DNA from: Eledone cirrhosa
Lineage: Eukaryota
Direction of reading: 5' to 3'
Length of the DNA stretch: 64,000 nt
Assembly (NCBI GenBank): GCA_964016885.1
Contig: OZ024748.1
Span: 62,001-126,000 of the forward strand
Position numbers and translations under genes: made by a program. The notes beneath the pieces are model-generated. The model saw only the letters and a list, made by a program, of their open reading frames with translations. It had not been told where the DNA came from and made no database searches. How positions within the stretch are numbered: position 1 is the stretch's first letter; the number at the start of each line of letters is the position of its first letter. Of the stretch, positions 1 to 11,243 are shown piece by piece.

Positions 1-306
1 CAACACCCTTCTTATGCAACCTCACCAAGCAACCCCACAACACAACCTCACGTTCACAATTCACAACACTCAACAAGGCATTCGTTATCTAGGGTTTACA
101 GTAAACATAGCGAGGTAAGACACACCCAGTACACTCTGTAAAGTGGTCATTAGGTTAAGATTAAACTGAAATCATACCTCCATTGTCGTTGGCGTATATT
201 TTCTCTAAAACTTAATTTCATTGCTTTCATTTCTCTTCTTTTTCTTCTATTCCATCTAAATATGAAAAAAAAATTATACAGGTCATTTCGTCTTATCAAG
301 AGCTCC

Positions 307-337
<31 letters not shown>

Positions 338-589
338 CCGAGATAATACCTTAAAATAATGGTAAAAAAAGTGTTTAATTACGAAAATCCTTTGAAATAA
401 CTTCCTCGCTCTTACTGGTCATACCTGCAAAACACAAAACACTAGCGTTAGCGTGAACAGTGCAGTGCAGTGGAGTGCAGTGCAGTGCAGTGTAATTTAG
501 TATGGTGCAGTTTAGTGGCACAGTACACTGTAAAACATTTAGCCAATCTCTCAGACATTTACAAATCTTTCAAGATATATATATATATA

Positions 590-1093
590 TGGGAGAGAGA
601 GAAATTACCCTCAGTAGATCAGACAGAGGGACCAGCTATTGAGATTAACGAATATAGGGTCCAAGAGGCGATTAAGGAAATGAAAAATGGTGAGGCTGCT
701 GGACCATCGGAGATAGTTGCTGAGATGCTGAAGGCCTCAGGGGACGTAGGCACTAAACTGGTTGCACACATCATCAATCAGGCTATATATGGCAGTGTCA
801 TACCCAAAGACTAGTGCAAAAGTAAAGGGGACGCTCTTGAGAGGAGAAATTATAGGGATATAAAACTGATGGATCAGGTTATGAAAGTGGCAGAAAGGAT
901 ATTAGCACAACTAATTAGAGAAAGGGTCAAACTAGATGAGATGCAGTTTGGTTTTGTGCCTGGGAATAGTACAACAGATGCCCTCTTCTTGATGAGACAA
1001 TTACAAGAGAGGTTCTTAGAGAAAAATAAGCCACTATACTTAGCCTTTGTTGACCTAGAGAAGGCCTTTGATAGGGTACGCCGATCTGTCATC
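590..1093 (+). mobile_element. RTE-clade LINE fragment: N-terminal part of reverse transcriptase (every unit)
   Basis: AAGPSEIVAEMLK, NYRGIKL, QFGFVPG-STTDA and AFVDLEKAFDRV; stop at 812-814; ends before QG/YADD. Homologous to the longer RTE at 41515-45040. Confidence 0.93.
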
Positions 1094-1094
1094 T

Positions 1095-1254
1095 TATTAT
1101 TTAACCTATAAATGGGGCCCCAACAGGTACTACTACACCAGGCCAGAGCAGACCTGGGAGTTATGACAACTAAGGGGGTAACTCCACGTTCCCCACAGTT
1201 CCTTCTGAACTTGAGCCTTGCCACTGGATGTAGTTTAATGTCATACCCAGGACA
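1095..1254 (-). repeat. Short interspersed repeat fragment interrupting the RT piece (every unit, and 35295-35455)
   Basis: ~160-bp non-RT block between the RT fragment and a TA/TACA microsatellite. Orientation and family are uncertain. Confidence 0.5.
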
Positions 1255-1324
1255 AATATATACATACATATATATATATGCATACACACATATATATATA
1301 TATACATATATACAAATATATATA

Positions 1325-1795
1325 TGCGTACGAAAGTGTGGTTACATGATGCCTATGCGAGATGTGCGACGCTGCATGGTAGTGAGACATGGACAGCAAC
1401 TGCAGAGGGTATGCGATGGCTGGAGAGAAATGAAGCAAGCACGCTCCGTTGGATGTGCAATGTCAATGTGCGGGAACGACCAAGCATAAACGAGTTGAGA
1501 GAGAAACTGTGTTTAAGAGGGATAAGTTGTGGTGTGCAAGAGAGGACTGAGATGGTATGGACATGTGATGCGCATGGAGGTTGAGCGCTGGGTAAAGAAG
1601 GGAGACGCAGTAGAGGAAGACCACGAAAAACATGGGTGGAGGTGGTGAGAGCCGACTTCAGATCGCTGAAACTCACCAAGGAGATGACGAAGGACCGTGA
1701 CAAGTGAAGAGATGCTTTGCTCAAGAGGACCTGTCCCACCCTTTCAAGCAGGGAAAAGCGGACGTAAAATGATGAACAGACGATGATAATGATGC
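1325..1795 (+). mobile_element. RTE LINE 3' end with short 3' UTR and (GAT)n tail (every unit)
   Basis: LHGSETW...LERNEASTLRWMCNV...RGRPRKTW, then cccaccc...gcagggaaaagcggacgtaaaatgatga. The same tail is at 52569-52612 and, reversed, at ~49405-49450. Confidence 0.92.
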
Positions 1796-2118
1796 TCTCT
1801 ATATATCTATCTCTCTATCAATCTATCCAGATATCTGTGCATCAGTCTATCTATTTACCTACACTTCTCACTCCGTCTCAGGATCACCGAGACATCACCA
1901 ACAACCAACCCACGCTGTGGGAAACAGTCCTCCCCGGGGCACACCCTGGTACTTCACACCATCTGTCTGTCTCGCTGCCTAACTACCGAGAAATCCGGCT
2001 TCTGTGCTTGCCTAATTCGTAGGTTATTAGGCAGTTGGCAGGTTTGCGGAAGTTGGTTTTGCAAATGGTTAAAACACTTGCATCACAAAATTCAAATAGC
2101 ATCACTCCTTGTTTTATC

Positions 2119-2237
2119 TTTCTCGTCTTTACCTAGGCCTGCATAAGTTAGTGTTACGGTTAGTGTTACTGTTAGCGTTACGGCTAGTTTTAGGGTTAAT
2201 TGAGAGCAAGAAACTGCTGCTAGGTAAAGACAAGAAA
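2119..2237. mobile_element. MITE-like element: 18-bp inverted repeats around degenerate (TTAGGG)n (every unit)
   Basis: tttctcgtctttacctag (2119-2136) versus ctaggtaaagacaagaaa (2220-2237), 1 mismatch. Core reads ttagtg ttacgg ttagtg ttactg ttagcg ttacgg ctagtt ttaggg. Confidence 0.7.
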
Positions 2238-2284
2238 TTCTGCATTTACAAGCAATTTTTACAAACAGCCACAATGACAGGACG

Positions 2285-3060
2285 GAGACATCGTTATGCT
2301 AGCAGGGGATTTCAATGGTCATGTTGGACAGCTCTACGATGGTTACACCGAGGTACGTGTTGGGCACACTTACGGCTTAAGAAATGAAGCAGTGAAACTT
2401 CTTGAATTTTGCGATGCAATTGCACTAACCATCTACAACACTAACTTACACAAATCTGCCAACCACCTAATAACCTACAAATCAGGCAAGCACATAAGCC
2501 AGATTGACTTCTTGCTAGTGAGGCAGCGGGACAGGCAGATGGTGTCAAATACAAAGGCATACCCCGGGGAAGAATGTACCCCAAGCAAGAGACTGAATGA
2601 GACATACAGGAAGGTGTGGAAAAAAGAAAGGTCTGGAAGCTAAAAGAGCTCTCACTAAAATACAAATTTAGGAAAGCCCTTCAATATGTGTATGATGAAA
2701 AAGAAGACGATTTAGAGTCGTACAACATAGATGATAACTGGAATTTCTTATGCGATACCTTACTGCAGGTTACTGATGAAACTTGTGGCTGGATCAGAGT
2801 TCCAACCAGACAGAGAGTGACATGGTGGTGGGACAGCACAGTAGATCGGGCCATTGGAGACTAAAGACTAGCATGGAATGCTTGCAAAATTAGTGCGAGT
2901 AGAGAAGAATATACAGCTGCTAAGAGAGAAGCTAGACGTCAGGTGTACTTAGCATGCAAGGAGGCTGCTCGACGACGTGCGCTGTTCCGTACTGCGAGGC
3001 AGTGTGTCAGTGCAAATCGGGATTAAGTCTGTCCGCAATGATGCCGCTGTACTTTGTGTC
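2285..3060 (+). mobile_element. RTE LINE fragment: C-terminal APE endonuclease plus linker (every unit)
   Basis: AGDFNGHVG, ITYKSG..SQIDFLL, TWWWD and KREARRQVY; frameshifted, with stops. Confidence 0.92.
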
Positions 3061-3076
3061 ACGAATGAGTGTTGAT

Positions 3077-3222
3077 GAGTAGAAAAGAGGACAAAACTCT
3101 ATTCCGTCAGGGAAATGGCCATGTTCGATATGCAGAAACGGAACTGGCATAAATTATATAAAACGTACACAAAAGATCGAGTGCGATAGCAGGCACGTAG
3201 TGGGATAGCAGGCAAACTAACA
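3077..3222 (+). mobile_element. RTE LINE fragment: decayed PHD-finger segment (every unit)
   Basis: Nucleotide match to 51801-51950, which encodes REEDKTLIPSGKWSCSICRKG...CSGIAGKLT. Confidence 0.8.
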
Positions 3223-3239
3223 GCATATTTTGATTATAA

Positions 3240-3941
3240 TAAAACAAATAATAATAGTAATAATAATAATAATAATCGTCATTGTTCTTTTCTTCTGTGC
3301 CTTTCTTTGCCTTCTCTGTCATCTGAATAACAAAAATAAAAGAAAAAAAGAATCTTAAACATATGTTGCCTTTACAAAGTGCTGTGATCAAAGTAGCTTT
3401 TAAGCAATTTCCTAACTAACAAACAACATCAACAAAATATATACAAATATCTTTGAATGTCAAGTCCACCAAGAGAAAATAGTCATAATGTACTTACAGA
3501 TACAATGCTAGGGACTCGCATCAATGAGTTTTAGTAGAAAATGACTGACTGACTGTTGAGGGGACAGAGGTGTGTTTTCAAATATTTATCAATTCACAAC
3601 AAAGCCTCACAAAGCTACATCATAATGCAAACTCACAACACCCTTCTTATGCAACCTCACCAAGCAACCCCACAACACAACCTCACGTTCACAATTCACA
3701 ACACTCAACAAGGCATTCGTTATCTAGGGTTTACAGTAAACATAGCGAGGTAAGACACACCCAGTACACTCTGTAAAGTGGTCATTAGGTTAAGATTAAA
3801 CTGAAATCATACCTCCATTGTCGTTGGCGTATATTTTCTCTAAAACTTAATTTCATTGCTTTCATTTCTCTTCTTTTTCTTCTATTCCATCTAAATATGA
3901 AAAAAAAATTATACAGGTCATTTCGTCTTATCAAGAGGTCC

Positions 3942-3972
<31 letters not shown>

Positions 3973-4059
3973 CCGAGATAATACCTTAAAATAATGGTAA
4001 AAAAAGTGTTTAATTACGAAAATCCTTTGAAATAACTTCCTCGCTCTTACTGGTCATAC
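3240..4059 (-). other. Putative spliced exon chain, probably non-coding: exons 4059-3985, 3890-3813, 3552-3498 and 3322-~3240 (every unit)
   Basis: Minus strand: branch CTAAC (A at 4083) + gtgttttgtgttttgcag|; aag|gtatta; ttttttttcatatttag|...gag|gtatga; ctctgtcccctcaacag|...tct|gtaagt; tttttttcttttatttttgttattcag|. Introns are 94, 260 and 175 nt. No continuous ORF. Confidence 0.55.
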
Positions 4060-7000
4060 CTGCAAAACACAAAACACTAGCGTTAGCGTGAACAGTGCAG
4101 TGCAGTGGAGTGCAGTGCAGTGCAGTGTAATTTAGTATGGTGCAGTTTAGTGGCACAGTACACTGTAAAACATTTAGCCAATCTCTCAGACATTTACAAA
4201 TCTTTCAAGATATATATATATATATGGGAGAGAGAGAAATTACCCTCAGTAGATCAGACAGAGGGACCAGCTATTGAGATTAACGAATATAGGGTCCAAG
4301 AGGCGATTAAGGAAATGAAAAATGGTGAGGCTGCTGGACCATCGGAGATAGTTGCTGAGATGCTGAAGGCCTCAGGGGACGTAGGCACTAAACTGGTTGC
4401 ACACATCATCAATCAGGCTATATATGGCAGTGTCATACCCAAAGACTAGTGCAAAAGTAAAGGGGACGCTCTTGAGAGGAGAAATTATAGGGATATAAAA
4501 CTGATGGATCAGGTTATGAAAGTGGCAGAAAGGATATTAGCACAACTAATTAGAGAAAGGGTCAAACTAGATGAGATGCAGTTTGGTTTTGTGCCTGGGA
4601 ATAGTACAACAGATGCCCTCTTCTTGATGAGACAATTACAAGAGAGGTTCTTAGAGAAAAATAAGCCACTATACTTAGCCTTTGTTGACCTAGAGAAGGC
4701 CTTTGATAGGGTACGCCGATCTGTCATCTTATTATTTAACCTATAAATGGGGCCCCAACAGGTACTACTACACCAGGCCAGAGCAGACCTGGGAGTTATG
4801 ACAACTAAGGGGGTAACTCCACGTTCCCCACAGTTCCTTCTGAACTTGAGCCTTGCCACTGGATGTAGTTTAATGTCATACCCAGGACAAATATATACAT
4901 ACATATATATATATGCATACACACATATATATATATATACATATATACAAATATATATATGCGTACGAAAGTGTGGTTACATGATGCCTATGCGAGATGT
5001 GCGACGCTGCATGGTAGTGAGACATGGACAGCAACTGCAGAGGGTATGCGATGGCTGGAGAGAAATGAAGCAAGCACGCTCCGTTGGATGTGCAATGTCA
5101 ATGTGCGGGAACGACCAAGCATAAACGAGTTGAGAGAGAAACTGTGTTTAAGAGGGATAAGTTGTGGTGTGCAAGAGAGGACTGAGATGGTATGGACATG
5201 TGATGCGCATGGAGGTTGAGCGCTGGGTAAAGAAGGGAGACGCAGTAGAGGAAGACCACGAAAAACATGGGTGGAGGTGGTGAGAGCCGACTTCAGATCG
5301 CTGAAACTCACCAAGGAGATGACGAAGGACCGTGACAAGTGAAGAGATGCTTTGCTCAAGAGGACCTGTCCCACCCTTTCAAGCAGGGAAAAGCGGACGT
5401 AAAATGATGAACAGACGATGATAATGATGCTCTCTATATATCTATCTCTCTATCAATCTATCCAGATATCTGTGCATCAGTCTATCTATTTACCTACACT
5501 TCTCACTCCGTCTCAGGATCACCGAGACATCACCAACAACCAACCCACGCTGTGGGAAACAGTCCTCCCCGGGGCACACCCTGGTACTTCACACCATCTG
5601 TCTGTCTCGCTGCCTAACTACCGAGAAATCCGGCTTCTGTGCTTGCCTAATTCGTAGGTTATTAGGCAGTTGGCAGGTTTGCGGAAGTTGGTTTTGCAAA
5701 TGGTTAAAACACTTGCATCACAAAATTCAAATAGCATCACTCCTTGTTTTATCTTTCTCGTCTTTACCTAGGCCTGCATAAGTTAGTGTTACGGTTAGTG
5801 TTACTGTTAGCGTTACGGCTAGTTTTAGGGTTAATTGAGAGCAAGAAACTGCTGCTAGGTAAAGACAAGAAATTCTGCATTTACAAGCAATTTTTACAAA
5901 CAGCCACAATGACAGGACGGAGACATCGTTATGCTAGCAGGGGATTTCAATGGTCATGTTGGACAGCTCTACGATGGTTACACCGAGGTACGTGTTGGGC
6001 ACACTTACGGCTTAAGAAATGAAGCAGTGAAACTTCTTGAATTTTGCGATGCAATTGCACTAACCATCTACAACACTAACTTACACAAATCTGCCAACCA
6101 CCTAATAACCTACAAATCAGGCAAGCACATAAGCCAGATTGACTTCTTGCTAGTGAGGCAGCGGGACAGGCAGATGGTGTCAAATACAAAGGCATACCCC
6201 GGGGAAGAATGTACCCCAAGCAAGAGACTGAATGAGACATACAGGAAGGTGTGGAAAAAAGAAAGGTCTGGAAGCTAAAAGAGCTCTCACTAAAATACAA
6301 ATTTAGGAAAGCCCTTCAATATGTGTATGATGAAAAAGAAGACGATTTAGAGTCGTACAACATAGATGATAACTGGAATTTCTTATGCGATACCTTACTG
6401 CAGGTTACTGATGAAACTTGTGGCTGGATCAGAGTTCCAACCAGACAGAGAGTGACATGGTGGTGGGACAGCACGGTAGATCGGGCCATTGGAGACTAAA
6501 GACTAGCATGGAATGCTTGCAAAATTAGTGCGAGTAGAGAAGAATATACAGCTGCTAAGAGAGAAGCTAGACGTCAGGTGTACTTAGCATGCAAGGAGGC
6601 TGCTCGACGACGTGCGCTGTTCCGTACTGCGAGGCAGTGTGTCAGTGCAAATCGGGATTAAGTCTGTCCGCAATGATGCCGCTGTACTTTGTGTCACGAA
6701 TGAGTGTTGATGAGTAGAAAAGAGGACAAAACTCTATTCCGTCAGGGAAATGGCCATGTTCGATATGCAGAAACGGAACTGGCATAAATTATATAAAACG
6801 TACACAAAAGATCGAGTGCGATAGCAGGCACGTAGTGGGATAGCAGGCAAACTAACAGCATATTTTGATTATAATAAAACAAATAATAATAGTAATAATA
6901 ATAATAATAATCGTCATTGTTCTTTTCTTCTGTGCCTTTCTTTGCCTTCTCTGTCATCTGAATAACAAAAATAAAAGAAAAAAGAATCTTAAACATATGT

Positions 7001-7574
7001 TGCCTTTACAAAGTGCTGTGATCAAAGTAGCTTTTAAGCAATTTCCTAACTAACAAACAACATCAACAAAATATATACAAATATCTTTGAATGTCAAGTC
7101 CACCAAGAGAAAATAGTCATAATGTACTTACAGATACAATGCTAGGGACTCACATCAATGAGTTTTAGTAGAAAATGACTGACTGACTGTTGAGGGACAG
7201 AGGTGTGTTTTCAAATATTTATCAATTCACAACAAAGCCTCACAAAGCTACATCATAATGCAAACTCACAACACCCTTCTTATGCAACCTCACCAAGCAA
7301 CCCCACAACACAACCTCACGTTCACAATTCACAACACTCAACAAGGCATTCGTTATCTAGGGTTTACAGTAAACATAGCGAGGTAAGACACACCCAGTAC
7401 ACTCTGTAAAGTGGTCATTAGGTTAAGATTAAACTGAAATCATACCTCCATTGTCGTTGGCGTATATTTTCTCTAAAACTTAATTTCATTGCTTTCATTT
7501 CTCTTCTTTTTCTTCTATTCCATCTAAATATGAAAAAAAAATTATACAGGTCATTTCGTCTTATCAAGAGGTCC

Positions 7575-7610
<36 letters not shown>

Positions 7611-10600
7611 GAGATAATACCTTAAAATAATGGTAAAAAAAGTGTTTAATTACGAAAATCCTTTGAAATAACTTCCTCGCTCTTACTGGTCATACCTGCA
7701 AAACACAAAACACTAGCGTTAGCGTGAACAGTGCAGTGCAGTGGAGTGCAGTGCAGTGCAGTGTAATTTAGTATGGTGCAGTTTAGTGGCACAGTACACT
7801 GTAAAACATTTAGCCAATCTCTCAGACATTTACAAATCTTTCAAGATATATATATATATATGGGAGAGAGAGAAATTACCCTCAGTAGATCAGACAGAGG
7901 GACCAGCTATTGAGATTAACGAATATAGGGTCCAAGAGGCGATTAAGGAAATGAAAAATGGTGAGGCTGCTGGACCATCGGAGATAGTTGCTGAGATGCT
8001 GAAGGCCTCAGGGGACGTAGGCACTAAACTGGTTGCACACATCATCAATCAGGCTATATATGGCAGTGTCATACCCAAAGACTAGTGCAAAAGTAAAGGG
8101 GACGCTCTTGAGAGGAGAAATTATAGGGATATAAAACTGATGGATCAGGTTATGAAAGTGGCAGAAAGGATATTAGCACAACTAATTAGAGAAAGGGTCA
8201 AACTAGATGAGATGCAGTTTGGTTTTGTGCCTGGGAATAGTACAACAGATGCCCTCTTCTTGATGAGACAATTACAAGAGAGGTTCTTAGAGAAAAATAA
8301 GCCACTATACTTAGCCTTTGTTGACCTAGAGAAGGCCTTTGATAGGGTACGCCGATCTGTCATCTTATTATTTAACCTATAAATGGGGCCCCAACAGGTA
8401 CTACTACACCAGGCCAGAGCAGACCTGGGAGTTATGACAACTAAGGGGGTAACTCCACGTTCCCCACAGTTCCTTCTGAACTTGAGCCTTGCCACTGGAT
8501 GTAGTTTAATGTCATACCCAGGACAAATATATACATACATATATATATATGCATACACACATATATATATATATACATATATACAAATATATATATGCGT
8601 ACGAAAGTGTGGTTACATGATGCCTATGCGAGATGTGCGACGCTGCATGGTAGTGAGACATGGACAGCAACTGCAGAGGGTATGCGATGGCTGGAGAGAA
8701 ATGAAGCAAGCACGCTCCGTTGGATGTGCAATGTCAATGTGCGGGAACGACCAAGCATAAACGAGTTGAGAGAGAAACTGTGTTTAAGAGGGATAAGTTG
8801 TGGTGTGCAAGAGAGGACTGAGATGGTATGGACATGTGATGCGCATGGAGGTTGAGCGCTGGGTAAAGAAGGGAGACGCAGTAGAGGAAGACCACGAAAA
8901 ACATGGGTGGAGGTGGTGAGAGCCGACTTCAGATCGCTGAAACTCACCAAGGAGATGACGAAGGACCGTGACAAGTGAAGAGATGCTTTGCTCAAGAGGA
9001 CCTGTCCCACCCTTTCAAGCAGGGAAAAGCGGACGTAAAATGATGAACAGACGATGATAATGATGCTCTCTATATATCTATCTCTCTATCAATCTATCCA
9101 GATATCTGTGCATCAGTCTATCTATTTACCTACACTTCTCACTCCGTCTCAGGATCACCGAGACATCACCAACAACCAACCCACGCTGTGGGAAACAGTC
9201 CTCCCCGGGGCACACCCTGGTACTTCACACCATCTGTCTGTCTCGCTGCCTAACTACCGAGAAATCCGGCTTCTGTGCTTGCCTAATTCGTAGGTTATTA
9301 GGCAGTTGGCAGGTTTGCGGAAGTTGGTTTTGCAAATGGTTAAAACACTTGCATCACAAAATTCAAATAGCATCACTCCTTGTTTTATCTTTCTCGTCTT
9401 TACCTAGGCCTGCATAAGTTAGTGTTACGGTTAGTGTTACTGTTAGCGTTACGGCTAGTTTTAGGGTTAATTGAGAGCAAGAAACTGCTGCTAGGTAAAG
9501 ACAAGAAATTCTGCATTTACAAGCAATTTTTACAAACAGCCACAATGACAGGACGGAGACATCGTTATGCTAGCAGGGGATTTCAATGGTCATGTTGGAC
9601 AGCTCTACGATGGTTACACCGAGGTACGTGTTGGGCACACTTACGGCTTAAGAAATGAAGCAGTGAAACTTCTTGAATTTTGCGATGCAATTGCACTAAC
9701 CATCTACAACACTAACTTACACAAATCTGCCAACCACCTAATAACCTACAAATCAGGCAAGCACATAAGCCAGATTGACTTCTTGCTAGTGAGGCAGCGG
9801 GACAGGCAGATGGTGTCAAATACAAAGGCATACCCCGGGGAAGAATGTACCCCAAGCAAGAGACTGAATGAGACATACAGGAAGGTGTGGAAAAAAGAAA
9901 GGTCTGGAAGCTAAAAGAGCTCTCACTAAAATACAAATTTAGGAAAGCCCTTCAATATGTGTATGATGAAAAAGAAGACGATTTAGAGTCGTACAACATA
10001 GATGATAACTGGAATTTCTTATGCGATACCTTACTGCAGGTTACTGATGAAACTTGTGGCTGGATCAGAGTTCCAACCAGACAGAGAGTGACATGGTGGT
10101 GGGACAGCACAGTAGATCGGGCCATTGGAGACTAAAGACTAGCATGGAATGCTTGCAAAATTAGTGCGAGTAGAGAAGAATATACAGCTGCTAAGAGAGA
10201 AGCTAGACGTCAGGTGTACTTAGCATGCAAGGAGGCTGCTCGACGACGTGCGCTGTTCCGTACTGCGAGGCAGTGTGTCAGTGCAAATCGGGATTAAGTC
10301 TGTCCGCAATGATGCCGCTGTACTTTGTGTCACGAATGAGTGTTGATGAGTAGAAAAGAGGACAAAACTCTATTCCGTCAGGGAAATGGCCATGTTCGAT
10401 ATGCAGAAACGGAACTGGCATAAATTATATAAAACGTACACAAAAGATCGAGTGCGATAGCAGGCACGTAGTGGGATAGCAGGCAAACTAACAGCATATT
10501 TTGATTATAATAAAACAAATAATAATAGTAATAATAATAATAATAATCGTCATTGTTCTTTTCTTCTGTGCCTTTCTTTGCCTTCTCTGTCATCTGAATA

Positions 10601-11212
10601 ACAAAAATAAAAGAAAAAAAGAATCTTAAACATATGTTGCCTTTACAAAGTGCTGTGATCAAAGTAGCTTTTAAGCAATTTCCTAACTAACAAACAACAT
10701 CAACAAAATATATACAAATATCTTTGAATGTCAAGTCCACCAAGAGAAAATAGTCATAATGTACTTACAGATACAATGCTAGGGACTCGCATCAATGAGT
10801 TTTAGTAGAAAATGACTGACTGACTGTTGAGGGGACAGAGGTGTGTTTTCAAATATTTATCAATTCACAACAAAGCCTCACAAAGCTACATCATAATGCA
10901 AACTCACAACACCCTTCTTATGCAACCTCACCAAGCAACCCCACAACACAACCTCACGTTCACAATTCACAACACTCAACAAGGCATTCGTTATCTAGGG
11001 TTTACAGTAAACATAGCGAGGTAAGACACACCCAGTACACTCTGTAAAGTGGTCATTAGGTTAAGATTAAACTGAAATCATACCTCCATTGTCGTTGGCG
11101 TATATTTTCTCTAAAACTTAATTTCATTGCTTTCATTTCTCTTCTTTTTCTTCTATTCCATCTAAATATGAAAAAAAAATTATACAGGTCATTTCGTCTT
11201 ATCAAGAGGTCC

Positions 11213-11243
<31 letters not shown>

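Noticed and set aside
470-1111. Repeated RT-like ORFs as a functional multicopy gene
   Set aside because: Interrupted by a stop and a deletion, lacking QG/YADD, with an N-terminus made of microsatellite.
2692-2778. C/D-box snoRNA-like ATGATGA...CTGA, and hammerhead-like ctgatgaaac
   Set aside because: Both fall in RTE coding sequence and lack the required stems.
3107-3391. Poly-tyrosine ORF in each unit
   Set aside because: It derives from a (TAA)n tract plus antisense RTE sequence, and its 5' part is frameshifted by the A6/A7 unit polymorphism.
3323-3497. Intronic H/ACA snoRNA in the minus-strand intron (ACA after a weak hairpin)
   Set aside because: No H box at the hinge and no convincing two-hairpin fold by eye.
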